The notes under the pieces: model-generated
Databases searched by the model: none
What the model saw: only the letters and a program-made list of their open reading frames with translations
Told to the model about the DNA's origin: nothing
Position numbers and translations under genes: made by a program
IMG/VR virus record: IMGVR_UViG_3300021387_000175
Span: 1-64,000 of that record
Reading direction: 5' to 3' (one strand)
From: a virus
Lineage: Duplodnaviria > Caudoviricetes
Length of the DNA stretch: 64,000 nt
In this document: in pieces, positions 39,901 through 50,529 of the stretch
Numbering within the stretch: the first letter of the stretch is position 1
Layout of the letters: every line of letters begins with the position of its first letter

Positions 39901-42847
39901 TACCCTTGATAGTATCCCATCCTCCACGGATGGTATCATACATAGTCGCATCAGATCCCATCTCTTGAGACTGTAACCATTTCTGATAAAGGCTATCAGA
40001 TACTTCGATCTGAGCATTCATTTTTGCCCAAGATGTTAATCTGGTCTGAATTTGACTTTGCTCTTGTGATAAAACACTAAGACGAGTTTTTTCGGCATCT
40101 GTTAATGCTTCACTCTTACTTGTGAGGCTTTCAATTTCTTCTTTATTCTTTTTATATTTAGTGGTTAATTTATCATATTGATCATTTAACTTCTTACTAA
40201 TATCATGTTTTTGAGTATTAATCATTTCCTGCGCAGCTTTTGCATTTAATTGCATGCCATTCGCACCTATAGAAATTGCATCTGCAAAACCTTGATATGT
40301 TTCAGTTAAAGATTCAAAAGTTTTTTGTGATAAAAAGCCATTCTTGCTTTGTTCTGCCATAGCAGAAGAAAGTGCTGTTGAAGATTCGGCCAATGTATTG
40401 ATTGCAGTATTCGTACTATCAGCGAATTCATTCCATTTATCAGCAGCTCTACCTGTAGTTGTTGCTGATACTAATTCAAATTGCTGCATTAAATTAATTG
40501 CGTCTTGAATAAAAGTAGGAGATTGGAAATCTACTAATCCTGCTCGACCAAATACTCTGGCAACATTCATTGCGGATTGTTGGATAGAAGAGTACTGATC
40601 TTCAGGAATTGTCCAATCAATTTCACTTAATTCTTCAGCACTAATTTCTTTAAGATCCTTTAATGCATCTGTATAATTATCTTTTAATTTTTCTTTTACT
40701 TTATCATTGATAAATTTATCTGGATCAAAAGTCATAATTTCATCGGCCTTTAAAGAGCCAATAATTTTTGACCATGAAGTACCTGCAATATAATGTGCAA
40801 TTCGATCATTTTCTGAGCCAGATAACATGCTCATCAATGAAGACTTTCTATTTTTAAATACCTGTTGAGTACTATCAATACCAAAAGCATCAATTAATTC
40901 CTGACGTTTATCTTTTCCAATATGAAGCGCATTCATAGCTGCATCAAGGCGCTGTTTCATAATATCTGCATAATCATTAACATCTATCTTGGATAAATCA
41001 GGAGAGATAAAATCTTTAAGTACTTGAGAAGCCTCGCCTGTAGCATCTGATCGAATAGTATCAACAAATTTTAAATAATCTTCAGCACTAATTAATGCTT
41101 CTTTTGAAAATTGCTGTAAATATGCAACTCCATCTTGTGTTACTTGACTATCCAAGCTAAGATCGGGCGTAATTTCAGCATATGATTGTTTTAAATAATC
41201 AACAGCATTTTGATAACTCTCTTGTGCCGATGTTATTTCAGCGTAGTATTGCTTAATTTGATTTTCTAAATCTGTAATAACTTTTGACTTCGATTCATTC
41301 CGATATTTTGCTTCACCCGTAAAGCTATCGTAATCATAAGCTACCTTTACAGTATCGCCCTCTTGTTCTTGAATTTCTTTAATTTGTTGCTTTAATTTAT
41401 CTATTTTTCCTTGATTTTCTGCGGTTTTATCGTCAACCGCTTGCTTTAAAGCAGGTATTCCTGCATTAGAAGAAGGATTCACTAAAGAATCAATATTAAA
41501 AGAAGTTGCGTCAATTATAGCCCCTTCTTTTGCTTGGGCGAGTTCCCTATATTTATTAATCTGATCTTGAATAATTTCAGTATTTGCGAGAATAGCATTA
41601 CCTTCACTATCCCAACCAGTAACTAATTCAGGGAATTGTTCTGCAATTTGTTGACGAATAGCATAATATTCTTCAGATCCTGCTTCAGCTTCTCTATACT
41701 GATCCAAAAGATGCTGAAGAGAATTGGCGCTATTATTATATTCATCATATTCTTGTTTGAGTGCGTCTGCTTTCTCTTTACTGGAATCAATAAGTTTTTG
41801 ATTACGCTTGGCTACAGCATCAAGGCTCATTGAATAATTATCATAAGCAAATTTTGCTGCAGCAGCAACTGCAGCAATCGCAGCAATGACTAACGCAGCT
41901 TTACCAAGAGTGGTTAAATGTATTCCCGCTTTTTGAGCTGCTTCTCCAACTCCATTTATCGCATCGGAAGCATCTGTAGCAGTACCCACCACTTCACTGG
42001 ATACACCTAAATACATTTCCCAAGCTTCACTTGTTCCTTCGGCTGCTTCTGTTACAGTGTTTACAGCTTCACTTGCTCCTTCTGCTGCGGGTGTCACCTC
42101 ATAAAAACTATGAATAACATTTGAAAGCAATTCAGTTATACCAATTTTATCTTTTCCCGCTTTCAAGATTGTACCATATATAGCAAAACCTGCTCCTGCT
42201 ACTGATGGAATTAAACCTATAGCATTAACAACTTCCATTACCGCTGACGCAAGATCAAGAAAAAAGTTAATGGTTTCACGATTTGCAGTCCCTGCCCAGG
42301 CTTGTTGCCATTGGTTCTGAAGAACTGCAAGATGGCCTGAGATAGAATCCATGTATTTCTCATTTTCTTCCATAGCAGAACCAAAAGAAGCTTGAGAAGA
42401 TTCATAAACGTCTCGTAAAACATCTTTGTTTTGTAATATCGATGCGACAATGTTCGCTCTATTTTTTCCCGCTAACGTTTCGAGCAAACCATTCGCACGG
42501 TTCGTGCCATATTGTTTATCTGTTGCAATTATTTCTTCATAGACATCTGCAATATCCTGAAGAATTTCATACGTACTTCTGAAATTACCGTTTTCATCAA
42601 GTATATCTACACCTTTAAAGCCATTACTGGCTACAGCAGTGTAATCTTTAATTATTTGTTGAGATTTCGCTGATGTTTGGACTACAAAGTCATCTACGTC
42701 TTCTCCAAGATCAGCAAGTTCGGCCTTGGCTTCCTCTGTGCCAACAATTCTCAAAGCAACCGTTCTCATTGCATTGCCGACCTTTTTAGGGTCTTGCACC
42801 ACTGCATTCCCGGCAGTAATTAAAGCGATTGCTTCATCAATGTCATT
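33923..42847 (-). CDS. tape measure protein, exon 2 (spliced product 5364 aa)
   Basis: Begins NDIDEAIALITAGNAVVQDPKKVGNAMRTVALRI, the continuation of the conserved TMP domain; has TM segments, a 'LVGELGPE...GAEF...GDIIFNH.QT' block and long coiled coils. The track's GTG start at 42802 has no RBS. Confidence 0.9.
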   Translation of the reverse strand, partial: NDIDEAIALITAGNAVVQDPKKVGNAMRTVALRIVGTEEAKAELADLGEDVDDFVVQTSAKSQQIIKDYTAVASNGFKGVDILDENGNFRSTYEILQDIADVYEEIIATDKQYGTNRANGLLETLAGKNRANIVASILQNKDVLRDVYESSQASFGSAMEENEKYMDSISGHLAVLQNQWQQAWAGTANRETINFFLDLASAVMEVVNAIGLIPSVAGAGFAIYGTILKAGKDKIGITELLSNVIHSFYEVTPAAEGASEAVNTVTEAAEGTSEAWEMYLGVSSEVVGTATDASDAINGVGEAAQKAGIHLTTLGKAALVIAAIAAVAAAAKFAYDNYSMSLDAVAKRNQKLIDSSKEKADALKQEYDEYNNSANSLQHLLDQYREAEAGSEEYYAIRQQIAEQFPELVTGWDSEGNAILANTEIIQDQINKYRELAQAKEGAIIDATSFNIDSLVNPSSNAGIPALKQAVDDKTAENQGKIDKLKQQIKEIQEQEGDTVKVAYDYDSFTGEAKYRNESKSKVITDLENQIKQYYAEITSAQESYQNAVDYLKQSYAEITPDLSLDSQVTQDGVAYLQQFSKEALISAEDYLKFVDTIRSDATGEASQVLKDFISPDLSKIDVNDYADIMKQRLDAAMNALHIGKDKRQELIDAFGIDSTQQVFKNRKSSLMSMLSGSENDRIAHYIAGTSWSKIIGSLKADEIMTFDPDKFINDKVKEKLKDNYTDALKDLKEISAEELSEIDWTIPEDQYSSIQQSAMNVARVFGRAGLVDFQSPTFIQDAINLMQQFELVSATTTGRAADKWNEFADSTNTAINTLAESSTALSSAMAEQSKNGFLSQKTFESLTETYQGFADAISIGANGMQLNAKAAQEMINTQKHDISKKLNDQYDKLTTKYKKNKEEIESLTSKSEALTDAEKTRLSVLSQEQSQIQTRLTSWAKMNAQIEVSDSLYQKWLQSQEMGSDATMYDTIRGGWDTIKGKLDNERWADPEVLAYMEMITGQSMNGDKVYGQKKNIADFIKKYMTNDNEGVNDFLDMTEKALHQAGMERFFDENGDLNFAVGDEGMIAAAISDYMQNVLGKEGFSVSSELVKSMLDAGVTYDLLDPLDGAPTTIDELSKSIDEMNERLNSGEIEENSELWNQYTNAIADANRQIELYKIAVDSFKTPEELEELKETVNKGLEKDDQIDFDLEYDNAVDATVALNKLEEAKKALYDENGDFIDTENGQASLEALNELIKNTQAQLAALTNQTYVIDISGMEEGAEKDFAAKINELSAAAQAYKIAEATGDRTAGQKAREQIEGIVGDLREMNQLSNGQLSALFNNIDLTTSSTAIKSLGESGKTTFEQIQEEADRLNTKKAQQAIKDLNTTISEESASAAQNLGEAITTINSYTIGTLGSDQLLTNLTTIEQTMGRLTTSTALNQSGQQVNTNTKKLHKREQKGPNGDGGEAPKQETTTTETVIEYKATLDTTNFDEGITHISEEANTSVNDVGKINDVSLSSISGNLEGVASKEKNISSEARTAKNTINSINGVSVSGSKVLGSLHSEANSTKTVLSNINSELNKMNRTVNIKIKINRENSNGNGDGPGSYKGNAHFSLFKGNAFASGTIGAKKTEPSLVGELGPELRVRGTKWDLLGESGAEFRDVKKGDIIFNHKQTEELFKYGSINSRGVAYAGGSTGLDSLNKTLGNNGTIIINGDVNIEPVNTKRKPKKDSKDGDGNGNGGRRKGSGGNGDGKRSTTTKKKDKTDAFDKYLDKLFDWIEIRIERVQTKIDQLSSLAEEFLDRMAYGLSEKKYKDALEKIYEQIGNEDAAYDKYYAQAEEVFKKGMNQKGIPKKTKENQDALWDKILNGEIDINSYDEDTRKVIEGTQEWIDKAIEAKNALQELQAQAREYAKSLKEVHDAQRDAGVSLSDNFIQIAQSNFEARTDNAYQYSNGRLRYENRQRRKQIRIHRKATQENLQDFEEASKEVSIELDPLLAKEEAKLEKERVKNGTVKKSHKEYQTVLKRIKTAMDHNKPVKEKDISYIEKKNPQLAAQLVVYNQTLQNFEDAKMEEMLAVAENIQQIYQNYAQMYDNKNERLQNKINLRDKQIENKTTADGQNKLIDEQIKIAEAQKKNDRAKVEKFAKLRKENATKIKTTLKKGNATTEKYDANENKKVKSRVEKALAKVQKNIKAKVAIDGDTIGEIAELVNAGYIQASFLEACLSYNEAIEQGREAKAQAEINKETIRKENEQRRLQKMKNVQNQGEKDRYKYDRRKTKAQQRIDAAEAYGHYAQRNDYKNIIRQDVSMLAEYNAELAKQQKLLKDLTVGSDEWFEAKQIIAELEDSIEELNLDIHEQAMAMEKLNWQKFDDGIERAKRLNSEIDHYYNLISNEQFFDTDNQGNITKYGMAALDLKNTDYKANLAEAQQYLHEYNLLVKKINDNELDPTDKEVIDRMNELQDAYWGSMEAAEASKQAVIDLARQGYEAQLTALNKTISKYKELKNAEKEAYDYQKQITEKANNITNLEKQLAAWQNNTSEESVSKIQKLQKDIKDARQDLRDAEYSKYLSDAQKMLDDLSANFQEWIDRYLKDRDRVLLKMQDLLADKIDALGVSSNTTDTVNTLKQVDKNITDNLVGSLKENGSLQNRIEAAVKSVIDDAARQPEEQAKAAFREKVSGYVGKEKELKAKDYDAVRSIIKEYKGMSQEEKDALDDTTVTTVKNLSKKMNTIDKDSKTKQAKKTVDEAYSNFNTLNEQIAETKRNISQLNKERQEERSKFTKYKGQSRVGQLSEEALKAKQNYENKEREIQELERQLNRLEVQFANAKTRFDEAQDAYHKAKEDSDAYHARWHYVTGIKSVPTDLNAWTQEKGLETIIRKSDGAILTPLGRGDAVFNAEMTDNLWKLAKMNIPDMFAKSFGSQPVINNTTNTTLSPNTTIQLSITLPNVKNYDEFKSALVADRNFQNAVQDMTLGAVLGKNSMSKYKYA

Positions 42848-43288
42848 CGATTTATTATGAGTTTAAAACTCACTTTTTTATTATGCAATGCATAATAAAA
42901 ACTGCATCTTTCGATGCAGTCCAGACTATTTCTTCATCTTCAGCTTTACCTGTTAAGAGTACCCTTTTCGATTTAAGAGATTTTCACTCACATATTAAAT
43001 ATATGCCCTACGATTATTGATTTAAGTATTCAGGATTTCCACCTTTATTCTCTTGCTTAAATCCCGACATGGATCTAGTCGTTGAACGTTCACCCTCGAC
43101 TCAAGCACCGTATGTTCTACAGAATACGTTAGGGTGCTTCGCTGCATGAACAGCCAATCCTTACGTTTTAAAACCATCATAATATAGTTTCCTTATTATT
43201 GTGGTGTAAGGCTCTAAGGCATTACCTGCAATTAAGAATATTCATATAATACATTTCTGTATTATCAGGCAATTAGACATTTCTTTTT
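42848..43288 (-). ncRNA. group I self-splicing intron (441 nt, no homing endonuclease) in the TMP gene
   Basis: 5' exon ends GCAGGU and pairs with IGS GCCUG (43266..43270, G.U at the splice site). P AAUUGCAGGUAA (43222..43233), Q CAUGCAGCGAAG (43137..43148), R GUUCAACGACUAGA (43074..43087), S AAGAAAUAGUCU (42923..42934); terminal G at 42848. Removal gives in-frame SLKTAG|NDIDEAIA. Confidence 0.93.
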
Positions 43289-46200
43289 ACCTGCTGTTTT
43301 CAATGAACTTGCAGACAACTGCAATGCCGTTGCCAGTCCATCAGTACTAATTGAAAAATTGTTACCTACATTATTAAGCTTATCAATGATATCAAGTTTG
43401 TCTAAATCATCATAAGCAGCGCTCATAGCTACTAAACTTTCAGTAGCCTCATCTATACTTCCAAACTCAGATACATTAAATAAAATAGCAGCATCTTTTG
43501 CAGATTCTTTTGCGTCATCAAGCGTCTCTCCAAGCCTCATCCAGTCGGCAGTACTTTGCTGAATAGTTAATCCAGTAGTACCTACGCTGTTTGCCATATC
43601 ATAGCTTTCTTTTTGGAAATCACGAAGACGGGAGAGTGGTTCATCAGATACTTTTGCCATTTCTGTCAGAGCATCATCTAACTGATGAATAATATCAAAA
43701 CCCTCACGAGCATAACGAATAAAATCTTGAAAACTTACATAGGATAAGAGATAAGCACCAAAATCACGGAATTTCTTGGTTAACTTTGTGGCAAAAGTAT
43801 CACCAGTTTTTCCTGCTTCACGCATCGTTGTTTCAAGTCTATTGACCTGGTCAATAGCATTGTTTAACGATTGTTGATTAACATTCTGTAAACCATCACT
43901 AATTTCTTTTAATTGATTTCGAATTTCTCCACCCATCGCAGGATTTTTTTCGATTAAAGTAGCAATCCGTTTTTTCAAGTTACTTACATTCTTATCTAAT
44001 ACTTGAATATTATCTGTATTACCCAACGCCTTTTGTAAGTCATTGACTTTTACTATTAACTCACCAATTTCTTTGATATCTGACTCGTTTGTAATATCCA
44101 AACCATTTTTTAATTTTGCTTGTAAGCTATCAATAGTCTTATTATATTCTTCTAATTGCTTTTTATAAGCAGTAGTATCAACTGCTCGTTCTTGATCAGC
44201 AAATTCTTGAAAACTATCTCTTTTTTTTACTGCTTTATCTAATGTACTCATAGCAGATTTAGTCAAATTTTGAGAAGCATCATCTAATGCTTTTTTGACC
44301 TTGGCATCCGATTTAGGATCGGTATCAGTACGATCTGCTAATAATTTTGTTCGTTCCTGAAGTTTATTAACGATTTGAGAATATGCTGTATCAAAAACTT
44401 CCTTTGTTCCTGAATCAAAAGCATCTTTACCTAAAGAACCAATATTTTTAATCAGCCCTTCTTCGGTAGTATACGAAGCGTCTAATGCTTGCTTTTTTTG
44501 TTTTTGTGATTCTCGTTCACTCTTTTTTCTTTTTCTTTCATTTTCACGTTCTTCTTTTTCAATTTCTTTATTTAATTCTTTTTCTTCTTTGGCTTGTTGT
44601 TTTTGTTCATCCGCTTTTTTCTTGGCTACATCTTTTTTGTGTTGAGCAAAATGTGCTTCACGATCATCTAATTTTTTAGCTTCCTCTAACTGTTTTAAAT
44701 TTTCTTCCTTTTTCTGCCGTATATTCTCATAAGACTGCCTTTCTTCATCCGTTAAAAGAGCAATCTTTTCATTTAATTGATTATCAATATCTACTAAACT
44801 CTGAGTACGCTGAGTAGCGGTAACATTATCTTTTGCGGGATTAGTAACATCCGTTTCTAATAATTTATAACGTTTATCCAACAATCCTTTAACTGTGTCA
44901 AATGCTTTAGCAACATTTTCCTCCATACCAGTTTCTACTGTCTTTTTTACAGTCTTGCTTTCAGGATCATATTTATAATTAGTGCGCCATTTTTTCTTTA
45001 TACCGTTTTCATCAGTTTCTTCATAATCAACAGAATATCTGGACATATTACCAAATTCATCTTGGGAATAATGCTGATTTCTTCTGTTATAATCATTAAA
45101 ATATTTTTCGTCCTCAGAAATTGCTTTTAATAAAGCTTTATGAGTTTCTTCACTTAGTCTTTCTTCTTCATCTAAATCGGCTTTCTTATCTTTTTCAGTT
45201 TTTGATTTCTTGGCATTTTTTTCTTCGTTTGTTTTTTCTTCTTTTTCTTGATCGGTTTGTTTCTGTAATTCCAAACTTTTTGCTATTGATGAAAAGTCAG
45301 TTTGATTTAATGTTTCAAAGCCCTTATTCAACTGCTTTACTAATTCAGAAATGTACTCTAATTCTTCCCTTAACTGTTCAATAAATTCTACTTCGTTCCA
45401 AATTACTCCTTCTACTGTTGTGTTTTCATCTTTAAAAGCTTGTGTTTTATTTTGTATTGCTGTGTTAACATGCTCTATTGCTTGACCTAATTTTTGAAGT
45501 TCGTTAGTTTCTTTGGTAAAATCTAAAGATTGACCAGTCGTTTCTGTAGTATTTCTGATTTGTGCAATTGCTTCGTTTAATGATGGGATTACTGTCTTGA
45601 TTTTTTCAACTGTATCAGTCAATGGCTTGATTTGATTCTGTAAATCTATATTTTTACTAATTGAAGAAAAATCAGTAGTGTTTAATATATTAAAAGATTG
45701 ACCTAATGTAACAGCTAATTCAGATACCGCTTTTAATTCTTCCCTTAGTTGCTCGATGAATACTACTTCATTATAAATTACTTGTTCTACTGTAGAGTTT
45801 TCTGCTTGAAAGGCTTTTGTTTTTTCATCAACTGCAGTTGTTACTTTTATAACTGCATCTAAAAGATTACCAACTTGGGTTGCTTCCCCTGAAAAGTCTA
45901 TTGACTTACCAGTAGTATCTATTAGTCTTTTTAACTCAGTTGTCACTTCAGTTAAAGGAGCAATTATTTTTGTGATTTCTCCAAAACTAGCAGATAGTTC
46001 CTGTACGTTTAATTGACTTCCTGAAAAAATATCCCGAAGTATATTCATTTGATCATCAATTTCAGTTATGGATTGAGTATCTATTTGTTTTAATGCAGTT
46101 TCATAATTATCGAATATTCCACCAAATTGTGTTTCCCAGGAACTAATATCAATATTGCCGACTTTTGCCATCTCTTTCATTAAAGAAATAACTTCTTTAT

Positions 46201-49200
46201 AATATTGAATAGTTGAAGTAAGATTCTTTTGATCATAACCCTCATAACCTTTCCACGCTAACTGGACCTGTAAATCAGACCCTCCATTAGCACCAATTGA
46301 TTCTTTAAAAGAATCGGTTCCAGGTTTATAAAGCATTTTCATTAATGCATCAGATGCTTCTTGTATTTGTGGTATAAACGATCTCTTTACCTGTCCCTCT
46401 TCACGACTCTGCTTAATTGGGTTGTTACTTTTACCTAATGCTATATTAAAATTAAAATTACCAATCTGTTTAATTGATTCATTGATCGTATTTAATATGG
46501 TATTTACGTCTGTAAACGGCTTTGTAAAATCCATATTCTTAATACTATTAGCTAAATCCCTTATCTCACTTAAACTATTTTTAATTGTATTGAAAGATCC
46601 TAAAGGATCTGTTGAAGCCAGATAATCAATTCCGACTTTAATTTTTTCCAAAACATCAGACAGTTCTGTAAAAGAGGATGCGAAATCTAAATGGCTTAAG
46701 GTCTCAAGTGTCGTACTAATCGTACTAATACTTGTTTTAAATTCTTCAAAAGAAGAGAAGGCATCTAAGTTCTTTAATGCTTGTAATTCTGTTACAAGAT
46801 TTTGAACTAAAGTAATAAGTACTCCAAAAGCTTCCGCATAATCACCAGTCATTTGACTAGGATCGAAATCCATAGTAAGATCATTTAAGTGTTCTTGTAA
46901 ATGTTCGTATTGATTAGCGTATTGTTGATAATCGTTTAAATAATGTTCATACCATCCTAAATAATCTTTTGCCTGGTCTTCATTACCTTCATTTGAAGAT
47001 GCAGCAGCATGTTGATAATACCAATCCATATTATCTAATGCAGCGTCCCGTTCTTGTTTAACACTCTGCAATTCTTCTGATATTTTTTTTATATCGTTCC
47101 AATCATCTATGTCCCAATAATCCTGATAATCTTTATTATCCGCTTCTGCTCTTAACTGTCTTTTTTCATCAGCTAATTTTTGAAGTTCTTCTCTGGTTTT
47201 GGCAATTATTTTATATTCTTCTTCCGTTTGGGGAGAATTTATATTATCAAAATCTGATGTAAATGACTCTTTAGAACGAATATCATTTAATACTTCTTCT
47301 AAAGATAATACTTCAGTCTTAACACTTCCAATATCATCTGTTAAATTTTCAAATCCATTTTCTTGTAATATTTCAGTAGGAAATTCTTTTAATGACGCAA
47401 ACATTTTTTCAAACGCTTCAACAGTTTGAGGAAACTCTTCTTGAACAGATGAGTCTAAACTATCATAGATTTGTCTGATTTTAGAAATAAACTCATCCAT
47501 TTCAGGACTGATATCACCAATGCTTCCACCCAGTGCTTCAAAAGCATTCGCTTGTTTTAATAAATTGGATACTTTTCCTGATCTAAGAAAATCTTCTTCA
47601 CTAATATTCCCATTATCCCAATCAGATAACAACTGCTTTTTATTTAATAATCCATTCCATCGTTGCCGTAATCTTTCTTCCGAAGCTTCTGGAGATTTAA
47701 AGTAAGAACTTAAATCATCTGTATCTTCGTCCAAAATACTTTGCAATCTATCAGAAATTTGTCGTCTAGAACGCTCTCTAAATTCTGTAACTTGTTGTTC
47801 TAAGAGATTTAAAGCATCATCATAATATTGAACATTGGCTGCCGTCTCAATAAATCTATCATCCATAAAAGGACTGGAATCATTTTCTACATCTTCTTTG
47901 TATATAGCTTCTAATTTCTTTCTTAATTCTTCCTGACGCCATTCTTTTTCTTCGGCAACCTTTTGCATTTGATCCAAATACTTTGTAATTAATTCATCTG
48001 GATCTCCATCATATGGATCAGGGCCAAAGAAATTTTCAAATAATTTATCAGGATCAAGTTGGGAATATTGATGTTCATCCAGTATTTTTTGTACCTTTTG
48101 TGAAACTTTTTTTCGTTCTGTTTCTCTTTCACTTTCTTGCGTTAACATTCCAAATAAATCAAATTTTTCTACAGGCGGCGCTGATTTTATAGATTCACCA
48201 TATTGATTTTCTACGGCCTTTGTAGTTTCGTCTTCAGTTTCACGTAACGCATCTGCTAATTGTCGTTCTGCATCTAATTCTTCATGGATTTTATCAATAT
48301 TTTCTTCCCTGGCTTGTACTTCTTCACGAATATTTTCAGTTTGACTTTCATCCTCGGTAGAAGGGGGTTGAATATTATTTTCTTCTTTTTTTACTCGAAG
48401 TAATTCTTCACGAGCCTGCGTTTCTTCTTGGATATCTAAAGCATTACTATCCCGTTCTTTCTTTTTTGATTCTCTTTCTTTCTCTTTTAATTCATTATTT
48501 TCTTTATGGTTTAATATCCCTTGATTTTGTGAAACAGCTTCTTGAACCATTGCAGCGGAATATTGCGCAAATTCTTGTTTATCAAAAATATGGAATATTT
48601 CATCCATATTCTCAATTCCGTATTTAAGTAGCACGTCTTTTATTGAATTTTGTAATTCATTTTTTGCTTCGTCATACGAAGAGTATTCTTTCTTTTTATA
48701 TTTAATTTGATCTAAATCTGATATAACTGAACCACGAATATTTTTAGGTATTGCATTTAAATCAAGAAAAGATACATTATCTTTAGTAACTATAGCATGA
48801 ATAGCAGTATTTCTTTCTTCCTTCCAATCTTCATTCGCATATCTACGCCATGTATCAATATCAGAATGTCGTGCTTTAGAACCCGTTGTTTTTGTGGTTG
48901 AAGGAATTGCCATTCCTGAACTTCCATCATTATTATTTGGATGTGTATGTAAAGTGAAAAGCGCACCTTTTTCATGCACGTGTGAGGATTTTTCACCACC
49001 TTCTAGAATATCTGAAAAATCTCCATTTGCTTTTATATAAAATCCCTTTTCATTTCCTTCGGTATCAATATCTATGATTTTTTTTATAACTTGATCTAAG
49101 TTAGGAATTTTACTTAATAATCTTGCAGAACTTAAACCGATTTCATTCGCTCTACGTTGCTCGGCTGCAGATGGTACATTTTTTCCAAAATTTTCAATAT

Positions 49201-50458
49201 CATACATATCTGCAAATTGCTGTTCTTGCCAATTTTTACTTCTTAAATATCCATTTCGTCTATTGTTAATATAACTAAATTCTGCTAAGTCAGTAGGAGA
49301 GTGGATAGAAACACCATTATTATAAAATTCAGAATATTTCTCTCTATCTATATTATGAAAAATTATATTATCAACTTTATCTCCTCTCCCCAAGGCTTTT
49401 TGTCCTGCGATAGTTTTAAAGATCTCTGCACGATTTTCATCTAATTGATTACTTATTGAAGTATATTCTGCATCAGACAAAGATTCGTCATTTAATGATT
49501 CTTGTAATTCAAAATTTTTTGCTATTAGTGTTTTGATTTTTTTGACAAAATCTTCTTCTGACAATAAATAACTACGAAGATAATTTTCCCGTTGTTGCTT
49601 AACCTCTTCAGTTAATTCTGGTAATTGGCTTGATGTTATTTCCAAAGATTTTTCTTTTTTTGACTTAGGAAGTGGTTTAGTTTGATTTTTACTAGAAGTA
49701 ATAGAAGATGCTAATTTACTATAAGATCCTCCATCCAATGCTTCTTTTTGTTGTTCTACAAAAATTTTTATATCTTTATCTATTAAGTCGTTTTTTATTA
49801 AGTCTTCACTATACATATCTGCTTCTTCCAAATATGTATATAACATTTGTAATGCACGTTTTACCACATCTTGAGTATTATAAGTTAAACTTTCTACTAA
49901 TCCTTGATAAGGCTTTTTGTAATATTCTATCATTTTTTTGTTTAAACCTTGATCAGTAGCATTTAATCCTTCGGCAAAATTTGCTTCTTTAATATATTTT
50001 TTTAACGTGTCAGGATCTTTGAAATCACCATAATTAATTAATCCATTATTTTGCGATGCCAAAGCATGTAACAACTTAGGTAAAATTTCTTTTGCGTCTG
50101 CAATATCTTGTTTATCACTGTTACTTTTTAATACTTGAATGGCATCATTTATTTCATATCGAATATTTTCCGGGCTTCCTAAATCTAATAATTTTTGTAA
50201 TTTTACATCTGACTTTAATCCCGCTCCTAACCCAGTAAGTAATTTGTTTAAAGATTCTACTTGCTCAACAGTCATATCGGCTGACTTCGCTAAATCTTCA
50301 AAAAAGTTTTTTTGTTTCTTCGCATCTTTAACACGAATTATAACATCAATAACTTGTGTAATTGTTGCAGGCTGCCCTGTGCCCTTTATTCTACCTAATA
50401 ACTCATTAAGCACTGCTTCTGGTTTAATAGGAGAACCTGAACCTAATTTTTCTGCCAT
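43289..50458 (-). CDS. tape measure protein, exon 1 (long N-terminal extension with JAB/MPN-like motif, then start of the TMP domain)
   Basis: AGGAGGTGA RBS; C-terminal part LDDALTEMAKVSDE...ADWMRLG..NVSEF..IDEAT..L..DKLNNVGNNFSIS..GLA.AL..SAS.L is the TP901-type TMP domain. Confidence 0.9.
45270..45915 (-). repeat. tandem ~90-aa duplicated unit in TMP exon 1
   Basis: TTGKSIDF...KTKAFQAENSTVEQVIYNEVVFIEQLREEL...LNTTDFSSI versus TTGQSLDF...KTQAFKDENTTVEGVIWNEVEFIEQLREEL...LNQTDFSSI. Confidence 0.85.
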
Positions 50459-50479
50459 TTACTCACCTCCTATAGTAAT

Positions 50480-50508
50480 TTGACAAATAATGCCTTACCT
50501 GTTAGAAT
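50480..50508 (+). promoter_or_regulatory. sigmaA/sigma70-type promoter for the antisense gene 50530..51258
   Basis: TTGACA (50480..50485), 17 bp, TAGAAT (50503..50508) with extended TG at 50500..50501; RBS AAGGGAGG follows. Confidence 0.8.
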
Positions 50509-50529
50509 TATTAAGGGAGGCATAATAAT

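Noticed and set aside
42829-43020. 63-aa + strand ORF as an intron-encoded homing endonuclease
   Set aside because: It is antisense to the intron, too short and has no HNH, GIY-YIG or LAGLIDADG motif. The same applies to 55355..55714.
42803-43264. TMP pseudogenisation, stop-codon readthrough or genetic-code reassignment
   Set aside because: The gap has multiple stops and a complete group I core, and all other long ORFs are intact under the standard code with TAA, TAG and TGA all used as stops.
2242-50483. Numerous short ORFs in the track overlapping long minus-strand genes (e.g. 38061..38534, 50139..50483, 12797..13024)
   Set aside because: They are shadow or alternative-frame ORFs fully or almost fully inside well-supported genes, without RBS or recognisable motifs.
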